53,542 nt of DNA from a virus (Duplodnaviria > Caudoviricetes): positions 1 through 53,542 of IMG/VR virus record IMGVR_UViG_3300010354_000121; one strand, 5' to 3'. Below are positions 10,201 to 19,923 of the stretch, piece after piece. The notes under the pieces are model-generated. The model searched no databases and was not told the DNA's origin. It worked only from the letters and a program-made list of their open reading frames with translations. Both the position numbers and the translations under genes were made by a program. Numbering within the stretch: position 1 is the first letter of the stretch; each line of letters begins with the position of its first letter.

Positions 10201-13200
10201 GATTTAAGGCCGAGGGTTGCTCCTTATACATTAACAACTAAATCCCCTTTTGAATTTAATTCAAGGAATTTTTCCGGGGATGGTCAATATTCAAATTATG
10301 TTATTGTCCCTGATGAAACTCTTCTATTGACATATTCTTATTATCTTCCTAGGACTGATGTAGTATTTTTAGACCAAGACGGTAAATTTGAGGTGGTTCA
10401 AGGAACTCCAGATGATATTCCTCAATTACCAGAATTTAAGTCTAATTCATTTGATATTGCTATTGTAAATATTCCACCTTATGTTTATGATGTAAAAAAT
10501 ATTTTAGTGAATATGTCTGAACATAAGAGATATCGAATGGAAGATATCTCTTTATTAGAAGATAGAATCGAAAGAGTTGAAGAATTTACTGTTTTGTCCA
10601 GCCTGGAAAGTAAAACAGAAAACTTTAATATAACAGATGCTGAAACCGGTCTTAATAGATTCAAATCTGGTTTCTTTGTTGATGACTTTAAGAGTCATGC
10701 TTACCATGATCTACAAAATTTTAACTTTAAGGCATCTATTGATAAACAGAAAAAGATTTTAAGACCTCTACATTACACAACTTCAATTGATCTTCAACTT
10801 GGATCCGAGGCTATCGCAAACTTTACTGGCAGTTTTTCACCAAATGTTGATCAAAGTTTTGTAAATGATTTAGGGTCAAATGGAGTCAAAAAAACTGGAG
10901 ATCTAGTAACACTTAATTATAATGAAGTAGTTTACGACCAACAATTATTAGCAACAAAAACAGAAAGTGTTACTGCTTTTCTCGTTAGATATTGGTCTGG
11001 TCTTCTTAATTTAAATCCACCTTTAGATACTTGGGTGGACGAAAAAGCCACAACAACAAATAGCTTTAATGAAATAAGAACAACAGAAGATCCTCTTCCT
11101 GATGTTAATATCTTAATTGAAAATTCTGTAACAGAAAACCAAACTGTATTCAGGGATTCTCCCAATGCCCAAAGTGGTATCCAACCTTTTGATTGGCTAG
11201 AAAATGCGAGGAGAAGAATATCGGCTGGTGGTCAAATAGGTCTTGCTGGACGATCGGCCCAAAGCCGTAGGGCTCTTATTATAGGAAAAAACCGAAAAGG
11301 TGGAATTAGAACTTTAGAAATTGTTAATGGCAATACAATTAGAATTGATGGCATACACTGGACCACTGGAGATCTTTCACTTTTAAGTCAATACGTTCCA
11401 ACTGATGTTGCTCGACAATTTTTAACCAGAATGCGGGCCAATCCCTTAACTGGTTTAGGTGGATTTTTAGAATTTACTCCAAATAATATAAACACTGATA
11501 GTTCTTCCACTACAAGTACTCGAACAACAACAAATACTGTAACGACAATAACACCTGAAGCAATTGTCGAAACTATTGACAATTCTTCATCTTTATCAAA
11601 TTATACTGAACCAGTAAGATATCTAAGAAGTCGAAATATCGAATTTGACGCTATTGGCCTAAAACCAAGAACTAGATTTTATTCATTCTTCCAGGGCGTT
11701 AAAACAGATGATTATGTTATTCCTAAACTACTAGAAGTAGAAATGATATCTGGGTCATTTTCCGCTGGAGAAAGGGTGATCTCTGATCCAAATTTTGTTG
11801 ATAAAAAAATATCATTTAGGCTATGTACCCCAAATCATAAAGTAGGACCGCATAATAATCCAAGTGAGACTTTTGAATTTAATCCTTATACCCAGACTTC
11901 CTTTGAAACAAATTATTCACAAAGCTCTACTGTCTTAAATGTTGACACTAGATCATTAGAACTACAGACCGAAACCGATTTTTATGGTCAGGTTTCTCCT
12001 AATATGCGTCTCATCGGAACCTCATCGGGTGCCGTTGCTAGGGTCACCCGGATTAATTTACTATCAGATAATAGTGGAAGACTAATCGGGTCTCTTTATA
12101 TTCCTGATCCTAATATAATTGGGAACCCTAAATGGATAAATGGGGAAAATACCTTTACCCTAATTGATACAGCTGATCTAGATCAACTTAAATTAGTAGA
12201 ATTTCTACCAGACTCTAGAATTAATGAAAGTAGTGCCGAAACCGAATTTACTTCAAGTGGCATAACAAATATAACTGAGACCAATATTTTGACTACTAGG
12301 AATATCAGAATTATTCCACCTAGAAACATTAATACCACCACTATTAATAATGTAACGACCAATACATCTAGTAGTAGTCAACAAATAAGTCCTGGTGTAG
12401 TCAATATTCAACAACCATATGATCCACTGGCCCAGTCTTTCTATGTCTTTGAAGATACTGGAGTATTCTTGACTTCTGTTGAGGTTTTCTTTGAGACAAA
12501 AGATTCTAATAATATTCCAGTTACTCTTCAAATTAGACCTCTACTTGCTGGGGTTCCAAGTAATGTAGTTGTTCCATTTTCTGAAGTAACTCTTACACCA
12601 GATAAAGTAAATATTTCTGTTGATGGTTCGGTTTCTACTAAATTTACCTTTATTTCTCCTATTTTCCTTCAGGGTCCAAAACAACAAACTGTCAGACAAT
12701 CCCCTATTGCCAGCATCACCCAGGCCGAATATGCAATAGTTCTTCTTTCAAATAGCCCTAATTATAGAGTTTTTATAACTCAGCTGGGTCAAAATGATAT
12801 TGCCACTGGAGTTAAAGTCTCAAGTCAGCCAACTCTAGGAAGCATGTTTAAATCTCAAAATGGTAGTGTTTGGACACCTTCTCAACTAGAGGATCTAAAA
12901 TACAAAATTAACCGTGCCGACTTTGTTAATGAGGGTATCGTTAGATTTTTTAATCCAAAATTAGACATCGGAAACAAAAAAGTTTCTGTTACTGGTCCAA
13001 ATCAATTTGAATTCTTATCAAAGAAAATAATTGTTGGTCTAGGTTCAACTGGCTATTCACCCGATGTTGTTCCTGGCATAACTATTCAACAAGGTTCGGC
13101 AAGTGCAACATTAACCGGAATTGCTGGAAGCATAGCCGGGGCTGGTGTAACAATTAGCAATGTTGGTTTTGGTTATACTGATGGAACATTTACTGGGATT

Positions 13201-14925
13201 AATCTAAAAACTGAAACTGGATTTGGCATAGGTGCTGTTGCTACAGTTGTAGTCTTAAATAATGTAATAGATTCATTAAGTATTACAAATGGTGGTTCTG
13301 GTTATCTAGTAGGTGATTCGTTAACAATTCCACCAATTGGTCAAGGTGTAGGATTTGGTGGTAAATTGACTGTAACCAATATTGGTTCTCTTAATTCATT
13401 TGTTTTAGACGAGGTTCAGGGAACATTCTCAGTTGGAATAACAACAGTAAATTTTGTAAATTCTTCTGGAGTCTCAACTACAATTGGAGCCGGGGTAACA
13501 ATTTCTTCAATAACTGAGGATCAATTTTACGATGGTCTTCATATGAAAATTTACCAGCAAAATCATTGTATGCATTCTTTTGAAAATTATATGACCATTA
13601 GTAAGTTTAGACCGGCTAATAATGATTTAAATACAAGAATATCTTCAACGATTTCTTCTACTCAAACAACTCCAATCTCCGTAGTTTCTACTTCCGGTTT
13701 TGATACTTTTGAAGGGCTTAATGTAAGTGGGTCAAATCCTGGATATTTAATAATTGGGGAGGAAATTATTTCTTATACTGGAATTTCCGGTAATACCTTT
13801 ACTGGAATAACTAGGGGTATTGATGGGACATTACCTATTTCATATCAAAACAATACTAGAGTCTATAAGTATGAATTTAATGGAATTTCCCTAAGAAGAA
13901 TAAATAAAACTCACAATTTTGCAGAAGTTGATTCTGCAAATACTGGTCTATTTCCAATTGATCTTAATAGTTATTTTATAAAAATTGATACATCAGATAC
14001 TGATTTCTTGAATAACACAGTTGGCACTAATCGAGAAAATAATTTATACTTTAGAAAACATTTTCAAGGAGGTACTTCTGGGACAATTATTTCTAATAAT
14101 ATTCAATATGAATCAATTTCTCTTGATGTAGCTAATATTATCCCCGCAAAAACAAATATTTCCACAAAGATTAGGACTTTTACGGGAACAAGTGTTGGTG
14201 GTAATGAAAAATCCTTTGTTGATAGAGGATTTGAAAATATTACATTAGACACTCAAGTTTATTTTAATGAGCCAAAATTAATTTGTTCTAGGGTTAATGA
14301 AGAGAAGTTTATATCATCTTCTCCTGGAAATAAGTCTCTGACATTTGAAATGCTTATGACCACAAGCGACTCAAGGGTATCCCCTGTCATTGATACAGTT
14401 AATGCTGCAGTCACTTTATACTCAAACCTTATTAATAACCCGAATGGAGTTGGAGAAGACTCTAATTATAGTTTAGATACTAGTGTAAGAAGTATTAATA
14501 ATGATAAGCACAATTTTGTTTATTTGTCAAAACCCGTAAGATTAAAAATTCCAGCAAATGCTATTAAGGTTATCCTTAGTGCAAGCCGAAATGACCTAAA
14601 TGATATCAGGGTCCTTTATCAGATCTTTAGAGATGATGAATCCAATACCGAACCATCATTTAATCTGTTCCCCGGTTATTCAAACTATCAAGTAGATGGA
14701 TCGGGAATTAAGAGGGTTATTGATCTCTCCAAAAATGATGGATCTGCTGACTCTTTTGTTAAAGAAACATCTGATAGAGCATTCAAGGATTATGAGTATT
14801 CCATTGATGATCTTCCTGATTTTAGTGCTTTCGCAATAAAAATTGTGGGTGCAAGTAACAATCAGGCAACCCCTCCTTTAATTAAGGAACTAAGAGCCAT
14901 TGCAACAGTCAAACCTAGGATCTAA
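7204..14925 (+). CDS. Large virion structural protein, VrlC-like / DUF4815 family
   Basis: MPQETNLNVFPYFDDF, VQARELNNLQSILQNQ, APGADRF, RFKSGFFVDDF and DPLAQSF motifs; 2573 aa; located between gp8 and gp13. Confidence 0.8.
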   Translation: MPQETNLNVFPYFDDFNSDKNYYKVLFKPEYPVQARELNNLQSILQNQVEQFGNHIFKEGSVVIPGQLSIDNPFYAVEIEPEFNNIPISAYFNQILGKTIRGLISGVSATVVYVLDKQFSERNNYTLYVQYLESGGQDFSNKVFFDGETIITESVITYSGITIQAGQSICNTIAENSTSSGSSVNIAPGIYFVRGTFAKVNQQRILLDQYGTSPNYKVGFNVIERIVSSVEDETLFDNSQGFSNYAAPGADRFQIELELKKYGLNESPDNFIEILRIINGTTQFLQKDPQYSLIRDELARRTAETNGDYYVKPFTLFVRDCLNDRVLNNGIYFEDQKTVNGNTPNEETMVYEIGPGKAYVNGYDVEIISPKLLEVPKTRSTKTIEDQLIPYNAGKLIQLNNVTGVPYIGLGTDATVSLMDSRIGINSTVAAGTTIGVARVYDYVPESAYVNDTSILDLRLFDIQTFSKITLTTEITQATPAHIKGERSNASGYLYQSVSNSKDLVLYQVSGEFSQNEPISINGISNGRLISNVTDYSASDVKSIYSSTFNADVVLNNKILIAPVGSQFNITKGSGGISTVTSNLDNNFVGKIQPNDIISYSNPDAQSIIYNKVGAVAADGTSFTLTGITTVSGICDGRLPNSNLTVTNLVKVSGNIFSRDSSLLTKLNRSNVSSISLDNAEIKQRRIFTNQTITASSISLSITDDDVFFDTFDEDKYLIVYSNGIIEPLRRDKFQFVGNTGKQIKFNGLSQPNGITATVIATVKNVRPNSKTKILNKTTKLTIVNSKLTASGVGTTTLNDGLTFSNVYGTRVQDEEISLNVPDVLRVIAVYESSSTSDPSLPVIQFSSFSGPTNSNQDLFVGEQITGKTSGAVGLIVNRIDSDKVEYVYLNNSTFSENEVIKSKESNIEASIISVSLGDANVTQNFVFDDGQRDSILDYSRIIRKKNVSEPTRKLTVVFQNYVINSNDDGEFVSVNSYKSEDYKHDIPYFNKERLSDYIDLRPRVAPYTLTTKSPFEFNSRNFSGDGQYSNYVIVPDETLLLTYSYYLPRTDVVFLDQDGKFEVVQGTPDDIPQLPEFKSNSFDIAIVNIPPYVYDVKNILVNMSEHKRYRMEDISLLEDRIERVEEFTVLSSLESKTENFNITDAETGLNRFKSGFFVDDFKSHAYHDLQNFNFKASIDKQKKILRPLHYTTSIDLQLGSEAIANFTGSFSPNVDQSFVNDLGSNGVKKTGDLVTLNYNEVVYDQQLLATKTESVTAFLVRYWSGLLNLNPPLDTWVDEKATTTNSFNEIRTTEDPLPDVNILIENSVTENQTVFRDSPNAQSGIQPFDWLENARRRISAGGQIGLAGRSAQSRRALIIGKNRKGGIRTLEIVNGNTIRIDGIHWTTGDLSLLSQYVPTDVARQFLTRMRANPLTGLGGFLEFTPNNINTDSSSTTSTRTTTNTVTTITPEAIVETIDNSSSLSNYTEPVRYLRSRNIEFDAIGLKPRTRFYSFFQGVKTDDYVIPKLLEVEMISGSFSAGERVISDPNFVDKKISFRLCTPNHKVGPHNNPSETFEFNPYTQTSFETNYSQSSTVLNVDTRSLELQTETDFYGQVSPNMRLIGTSSGAVARVTRINLLSDNSGRLIGSLYIPDPNIIGNPKWINGENTFTLIDTADLDQLKLVEFLPDSRINESSAETEFTSSGITNITETNILTTRNIRIIPPRNINTTTINNVTTNTSSSSQQISPGVVNIQQPYDPLAQSFYVFEDTGVFLTSVEVFFETKDSNNIPVTLQIRPLLAGVPSNVVVPFSEVTLTPDKVNISVDGSVSTKFTFISPIFLQGPKQQTVRQSPIASITQAEYAIVLLSNSPNYRVFITQLGQNDIATGVKVSSQPTLGSMFKSQNGSVWTPSQLEDLKYKINRADFVNEGIVRFFNPKLDIGNKKVSVTGPNQFEFLSKKIIVGLGSTGYSPDVVPGITIQQGSASATLTGIAGSIAGAGVTISNVGFGYTDGTFTGINLKTETGFGIGAVATVVVLNNVIDSLSITNGGSGYLVGDSLTIPPIGQGVGFGGKLTVTNIGSLNSFVLDEVQGTFSVGITTVNFVNSSGVSTTIGAGVTISSITEDQFYDGLHMKIYQQNHCMHSFENYMTISKFRPANNDLNTRISSTISSTQTTPISVVSTSGFDTFEGLNVSGSNPGYLIIGEEIISYTGISGNTFTGITRGIDGTLPISYQNNTRVYKYEFNGISLRRINKTHNFAEVDSANTGLFPIDLNSYFIKIDTSDTDFLNNTVGTNRENNLYFRKHFQGGTSGTIISNNIQYESISLDVANIIPAKTNISTKIRTFTGTSVGGNEKSFVDRGFENITLDTQVYFNEPKLICSRVNEEKFISSSPGNKSLTFEMLMTTSDSRVSPVIDTVNAAVTLYSNLINNPNGVGEDSNYSLDTSVRSINNDKHNFVYLSKPVRLKIPANAIKVILSASRNDLNDIRVLYQIFRDDESNTEPSFNLFPGYSNYQVDGSGIKRVIDLSKNDGSADSFVKETSDRAFKDYEYSIDDLPDFSAFAIKIVGASNNQATPPLIKELRAIATVKPRI

Positions 14926-14927
14926 TC

Positions 14928-15149
14928 ATGTCTTATTTAAAAGTAAAAGATAGTGATCATCTTTTAAGAGATCTCAGTTCAAATGGAATCATCAATACTG
15001 ATGATGTGGAATATAAAAATTATGTAAATAATTACATAAGAAAAATAAATTCAAAAGTAAAAATGGAAGAACTTCAACAAGAAGTTGATGAAATTAAGTC
15101 TAATGTTAAAGAAATAAAGGACCTTATTTTAAAACTATTAAATAGTTAA
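14928..15149 (+). CDS. Small coiled-coil virion-associated protein
   Basis: 73 aa with heptad C-terminus; tight spacing after the VrlC-like gene, a usual position in T4-like cyanophages. Confidence 0.65.
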   Translation: MSYLKVKDSDHLLRDLSSNGIINTDDVEYKNYVNNYIRKINSKVKMEELQQEVDEIKSNVKEIKDLILKLLNS

Positions 15150-15154
15150 AAACA

Positions 15155-15973
15155 ATGGCAAAACCCTCCTCAAGGCAAGAACTAGTCGATTACTGCAAAA
15201 GAAAACTTGGCGCTCCGGTCTTAGAAATTAATGTGGCCGATGAGCAGATAGATGATTTGGTTGATGATGCTATTCAACTTTTTCAGGAAAGACATTTTGA
15301 TGGTGTGGCCCAGACATTTTTAAAATATGAAATAACCCAAGAAGATATTGACCGGGCCAGAGGTAGAACCGGAGAAGGCATTTCTTCAAAAGTTGGCATT
15401 GCAAAAACATATACTTATCAAGAAAATTCTAATTATATTGAAATTCCGGATCATGTGATCGGAATTAATAAAATTTTTAAATTATTTGGTGGTAATAGTC
15501 TTGGTTATGGTATGTTCAATTTTAAGTATCAACTACTACTAAATGATCTTTATTATTGGGGTTCTACGGACATTCTAACTTATTTTACTGTAAAGCGTTA
15601 TCTTGAGGATCTTGACTGGATTTTAAGTCCGGATATTATGGTGAGGTTTAATAAAAGAGACACTAAACTTTATATTGATATTGATTGGGCAACCGTTTCT
15701 CCTGGTAATATCCTTCTTATTGATTGTTATAGGGCCCTTGATCCAACAGATTCAACAAAAGTCTGGAACGATAGTTTTCTTAAACAATATCTAACGGCAC
15801 TTATTAAACGGCAGTGGGGTCAGAATCTTATTAAGTTTAGGGGAGTAAAACTTCCTGGTGGCGTCGAGTTAAATGGTCGGGAAATGTATGATGATGCCCA
15901 AAAAGAAATTGATATGCTTATGGAGCGTATGAGTTCCACATATGAGATGCCGACCTTCGACCTTATCGGATAA
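15155..15973 (+). CDS. gp13: Neck protein gp13
   Basis: LVDYCKRKLGAPVLEINV; ALIKRQWGQNLIKFRGVKLPGGVELNG. Confidence 0.92.
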   Translation: MAKPSSRQELVDYCKRKLGAPVLEINVADEQIDDLVDDAIQLFQERHFDGVAQTFLKYEITQEDIDRARGRTGEGISSKVGIAKTYTYQENSNYIEIPDHVIGINKIFKLFGGNSLGYGMFNFKYQLLLNDLYYWGSTDILTYFTVKRYLEDLDWILSPDIMVRFNKRDTKLYIDIDWATVSPGNILLIDCYRALDPTDSTKVWNDSFLKQYLTALIKRQWGQNLIKFRGVKLPGGVELNGREMYDDAQKEIDMLMERMSSTYEMPTFDLIG

Positions 15974-15976
15974 TTT

Positions 15977-17830
15977 ATGTTAAATCCATTCTTCCTCAAT
16001 GGATCCACCACAGAACAAAATCTTATAAATGACCTAGTAAAAGAGGCCATTCAAATTCATGGTGTAGATGTTTATTATCTTCCTAGAGAATACGTCACAA
16101 AAAGAACAGTAATAAGAGAAGTAATTGAGTCTAAATTTAGTAATGCCTTTCCTTTAGAGGCATATATCGATACTTATGAAGGGTATGAGGGAGCCGGGGT
16201 CCTTTTAAGTAAATTTGGTATTCAACCAAGTACTGATATTACTCTTATTATTTCAAAAGAAAGATATGAAACACATATTACTCCATTAATCAAAAATATC
16301 CCAAACATAAAACTTTCAGATAGACCGAAAGAAGGCGATCTAATTTGGTTTCCTTTAGGTGATCGTTTGTTTGAAATAAAATTTATTGAACATGAAATTC
16401 CTTTTTATCAATTACAAAAAACCTATGTTTATAATCTAAAATGTGAGTTATTTAGATATCAAGATGAGATTATTGCTACTAATATTGACTTTATTGATGA
16501 TAATACTAAGGATCAGGGTTATACCGAATTTTATAATATGCTTGCAAGGGGCGAACAGGCTTCTGCAATTACAAGTCTTGAAGATTGCGGAGTAAGATAT
16601 GTAACAGTAACAAAAAGAGGAGTATATTCATCTACACCAACTGTCAATTTCCCACAATCTCCGGAAGGTATAACTGCAACTGGAGTTGCAAGAATGATCT
16701 CTGGTATTGTTGATTTATGTGAACCAGATGAATCTAAATTAAGGGTTCAAGCAGTTGATATAATTAATCCCGGTTCTGGGTACTGTGGTGCGGTTATTGA
16801 CTCTTTTGATAAATCTTTAATTAGATTTAAAAAATATTTAATCCACGTTAATAATAATTCAGATCCTAATAAAACACAAAACTTACTTTTAAATTTGATA
16901 CACAATAATGGCGATATTATTGTCAATAATCAATATGGATTAGGCTATTCTCAAGTAAATTTGGGTAATTTTAGTGGCAGAATGGTTGATTCAAGAATAA
17001 ATCTTATTTTTTCGCCATTTGATGTTTCGTCTACTTATTCAATTAATAGTTTTTCTTTTGATATTAATGATTCTGATACAACAGTTGGCAATATTTCTTT
17101 AGGGGATGTAGTAAAAATTAATTCTTCTAATGTTTCTGGTGAAGAAAATAAAACTATAATAAAAATTCCTAATACAAAATCCGCAGCAAAAGTTTTAATT
17201 GTTTATTCGGATTTAATTAACAATAAATTTTATTCCGAAGAAATAAATTATATACAAGATGGGGTTGATATATTATATAATACATATGGAAGTTTAGATA
17301 TAAATAAACCATCTGGAATAGGGACTTATGCATTAACATATGATGGTCCTGATATTAATATTGAATTTTATCCAGACGAGAATACTGAATTTAATATAAA
17401 TGTTCTTTCTATTGAAATATCAGATTTATCTGCCACCTCGACAGGCACTTTGATTTTAAGTGGTAGTAGAATAGAATCTACTTATGTTGGAGTTAATTCC
17501 TCTGGCTCACCCCAAAAAACTCTAATTTATTCATATAATAATAATTTTAATTCTGGTTTACATCAAATATTAATTGAAACTGAAAGTAATAATAATATAA
17601 ATTATTCAGAGGTTTTAACCCTATTAAATAGTTCAAATAAATCTGTAAATTCAGTAGAATTTGGCAAGTTAAATCTTCGTGGTGAAATTGGCATAATAGA
17701 AACTGAGTATTTACCTTCAACTAATACATTAGAAATGTATTTTACCCCATATCAAGATATAGATTATCAGGTAAGAATATGTAGTATTTTGACTTCAACC
17801 AATAAAAGGTCAGAAATTTTATCAATATGA
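15977..17830 (+). CDS. gp14: Neck protein gp14 N-terminal part fused to a module paralogous to the C-terminus of ORF 2..2401
   Basis: EQNLINDLVKEAIQIHGVDVYYLPRE, RPKEGDLIWFP, PFYQLQK are gp14 motifs; residues from ~273 onward align by eye with the last ~345 aa of the first ORF. Confidence 0.85.
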   Translation: MLNPFFLNGSTTEQNLINDLVKEAIQIHGVDVYYLPREYVTKRTVIREVIESKFSNAFPLEAYIDTYEGYEGAGVLLSKFGIQPSTDITLIISKERYETHITPLIKNIPNIKLSDRPKEGDLIWFPLGDRLFEIKFIEHEIPFYQLQKTYVYNLKCELFRYQDEIIATNIDFIDDNTKDQGYTEFYNMLARGEQASAITSLEDCGVRYVTVTKRGVYSSTPTVNFPQSPEGITATGVARMISGIVDLCEPDESKLRVQAVDIINPGSGYCGAVIDSFDKSLIRFKKYLIHVNNNSDPNKTQNLLLNLIHNNGDIIVNNQYGLGYSQVNLGNFSGRMVDSRINLIFSPFDVSSTYSINSFSFDINDSDTTVGNISLGDVVKINSSNVSGEENKTIIKIPNTKSAAKVLIVYSDLINNKFYSEEINYIQDGVDILYNTYGSLDINKPSGIGTYALTYDGPDINIEFYPDENTEFNINVLSIEISDLSATSTGTLILSGSRIESTYVGVNSSGSPQKTLIYSYNNNFNSGLHQILIETESNNNINYSEVLTLLNSSNKSVNSVEFGKLNLRGEIGIIETEYLPSTNTLEMYFTPYQDIDYQVRICSILTSTNKRSEILSI

Positions 17831-18465
17831 GTAATATTTCATTTTCATCTAATTATGCGGAATATAATGATTATTCTAAGTTCTCTATTTCTTTTACTGG
17901 AGGAGATGGTTCTGGGGCAGAAGCTTTTCCTACAATAGGTGAAGGAATTATTGGAATAATAACAGTAACTAATGGTGGTTCTGGTTATTTATCGCCCCCA
18001 GAAATTTCTTTTGTTGGAGTTGCAGAATCATCAGCAAAAGCAGTATCTGTTATTTCTAATGGTTCGGTTTCTCAAATAAGAATTTTAGATGCTGGTTCTG
18101 GATATACAGAAGTTCCTCAAATAGTTATAGGTGCTCCTTATGTTTCTGGATTTGGTACATATATTTTTAATGAAGAGGTTGTAGGTAGTGCCTCTAGTAT
18201 GACTGCCAGAGTAAAAGACTGGAACACACAGACGCTAATACTACAGCTATCTAATATCTCTGGACCATTTATTCCAGGTGAATTAATTATTGGTCAGCAA
18301 TCTGGGGCTAGTTATCAGATTATTTCTGGAAATCGATTAACAACAATTGACGAGAAAATTGAAGACAGTATTGTTACTAATGGGTTTACTCAAAATGATG
18401 ATATTCAGATAGCTGCCAATGAAATACTTGACTTTAGTGAAAGAAACCCATTTGGAGTACCATAA
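17827..18465 (+). CDS. gp14 C-terminal part encoded as a separate ORF
   Basis: Ends in NEILDFSERNPFG, the usual gp14 C-terminus; starts MSNISFSS like ORF 2398..5598; ATGA overlap with the upstream ORF. Confidence 0.75.
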   Translation: MSNISFSSNYAEYNDYSKFSISFTGGDGSGAEAFPTIGEGIIGIITVTNGGSGYLSPPEISFVGVAESSAKAVSVISNGSVSQIRILDAGSGYTEVPQIVIGAPYVSGFGTYIFNEEVVGSASSMTARVKDWNTQTLILQLSNISGPFIPGELIIGQQSGASYQIISGNRLTTIDEKIEDSIVTNGFTQNDDIQIAANEILDFSERNPFGVP

Positions 18466-19466
18466 TGTTTGAACATTTTTATTACGAGGCAATTAGAAAA
18501 ACTGTTATTGCCTTTGGAACACTTTTTAACAACATTTATATTAAACATAAAAATGATGAAGGAAACGTTGTATCAACCCAAAAGGTTCCTTTTGCCTATG
18601 GTCCTACTCAAAAATTCTTAGCCAGACTAGAACAATCACCTGATTTGAATAAACCAATTCAAATCACGACTCCTAGAATGTCCATGGAGATTATTGGACT
18701 TTCTTATGACTCTTCAAGAAAAGGCGGGACTATGAGAGCCTTTACTGCCACTGATGACAACAATAAACCAAGGAAGTCATACTTACCTGTTCCGTACAAC
18801 ATTAATTTTGAACTGAGTATTTTTACTAAGTTAGAGGATGATATGTTCCAAATAGTGGAACAAATTCTTCCTTATTTCCAGCCACATTATACAATAACTA
18901 TAACTCTTATTGAAGAAATTAATGAAAAAAGAGACATAAAATTTACTCTGGATAATGTTTCATTAAGCGATAATTATGAAGGAAATTTTGAACAAAGAAG
19001 AGCACTTATTTGGACATTAAAGTTTACGGCAAAAACTTATATGTTCTTACCAATTTCTGGGGCTTCTATTGAAAATAGTATTATCAACAAGGTCACTCTT
19101 GGGTTTGCGGCCGGGGAAAATTCAAATACCATAAACAACGATATTGACATCACTGTTACTCCAAAAGCGGCCAAAAATTATACTGGCACTGTTGTAACAA
19201 CTGTTAAACAAGATGCTAAGGCCGATGAAAAATTAATCTATGTCAATGACGCATCTAGTTTGTCACCTCAAAGCCTAATCCAAATTAATAACGAGACTCT
19301 TTATATTGAAACAGTAAATACTGATTCAATCAAGGTAATTAGAGGGATTTATGAAACTCAGGCCCAGTTACATGTTTCTGGTTCTGATGTATTAAATATA
19401 ACTACAGTGGATAATAATTTAATTCCACCAAATGATTTATTTGGTTTCATAAGTACATTTACATAA
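18465..19466 (+). CDS. gp15: Tail sheath stabiliser / tail terminator gp15
   Basis: FYYEAIRKTVIAFGTLFNNI, KVPFAYGPTQKFLARL, QIVEQILPYFQP. Confidence 0.92.
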   Translation: MFEHFYYEAIRKTVIAFGTLFNNIYIKHKNDEGNVVSTQKVPFAYGPTQKFLARLEQSPDLNKPIQITTPRMSMEIIGLSYDSSRKGGTMRAFTATDDNNKPRKSYLPVPYNINFELSIFTKLEDDMFQIVEQILPYFQPHYTITITLIEEINEKRDIKFTLDNVSLSDNYEGNFEQRRALIWTLKFTAKTYMFLPISGASIENSIINKVTLGFAAGENSNTINNDIDITVTPKAAKNYTGTVVTTVKQDAKADEKLIYVNDASSLSPQSLIQINNETLYIETVNTDSIKVIRGIYETQAQLHVSGSDVLNITTVDNNLIPPNDLFGFISTFT

Positions 19467-19470
19467 TACC

Positions 19471-19923
19471 ATGACTAAAAAATTTAAAGAATTAAATGAT
19501 GCCTTTGATATTGAGGTTAAAAGTGAGGTCATATCCACGGCAATAGAACCCAAAAAAGAAGAGCAAGCCAAAAAAACTGACATCAAACAAGATTATGAGT
19601 ACTCAAGGGCTACTTTGACATCTTTAGTTGATAAGGGCCAAGAGGCAATTGAGGGTATTTTAGAATTGGCCAGAGAAACAGATTCACCTAGGGCCTATGA
19701 GGTGGTTGGTCAACTTATTAAAACAGTGACTGATTCTGCCGAAAAGTTGATGGATATTCAGAAGAAACTTAAAGACCTAGAACAAGAAAAAACGGCCAAT
19801 ACTGTTACGAATAATGCCTTGTTTGTTGGGACCACTAATGAAGTTTTGACTTTATTAAAAAATGAATTGAAATTAAAACCTAATAAAACTATAAATAATA
19901 AGAATACAGAAGATGAAAAATGA
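19471..19923 (+). CDS. gp16: Terminase small subunit gp16
   Basis: DYEYSRATL, SPRAYEVVGQLIK, NNALFVGTT. Confidence 0.9.
   Translation: MTKKFKELNDAFDIEVKSEVISTAIEPKKEEQAKKTDIKQDYEYSRATLTSLVDKGQEAIEGILELARETDSPRAYEVVGQLIKTVTDSAEKLMDIQKKLKDLEQEKTANTVTNNALFVGTTNEVLTLLKNELKLKPNKTINNKNTEDEK
19890..19897 (+). promoter_or_regulatory. T4-type late promoter TATAAATA
   Basis: Exact T4 late consensus 22 nt upstream of the ATG at 19920. Confidence 0.65.

Noticed and set aside
17827-17830. Sequencing frameshift as the cause of the gp14 split
   Set aside because: The same ATGA junction and MSNISFSS start occur independently at 2398-2401 in a diverged paralogous block.
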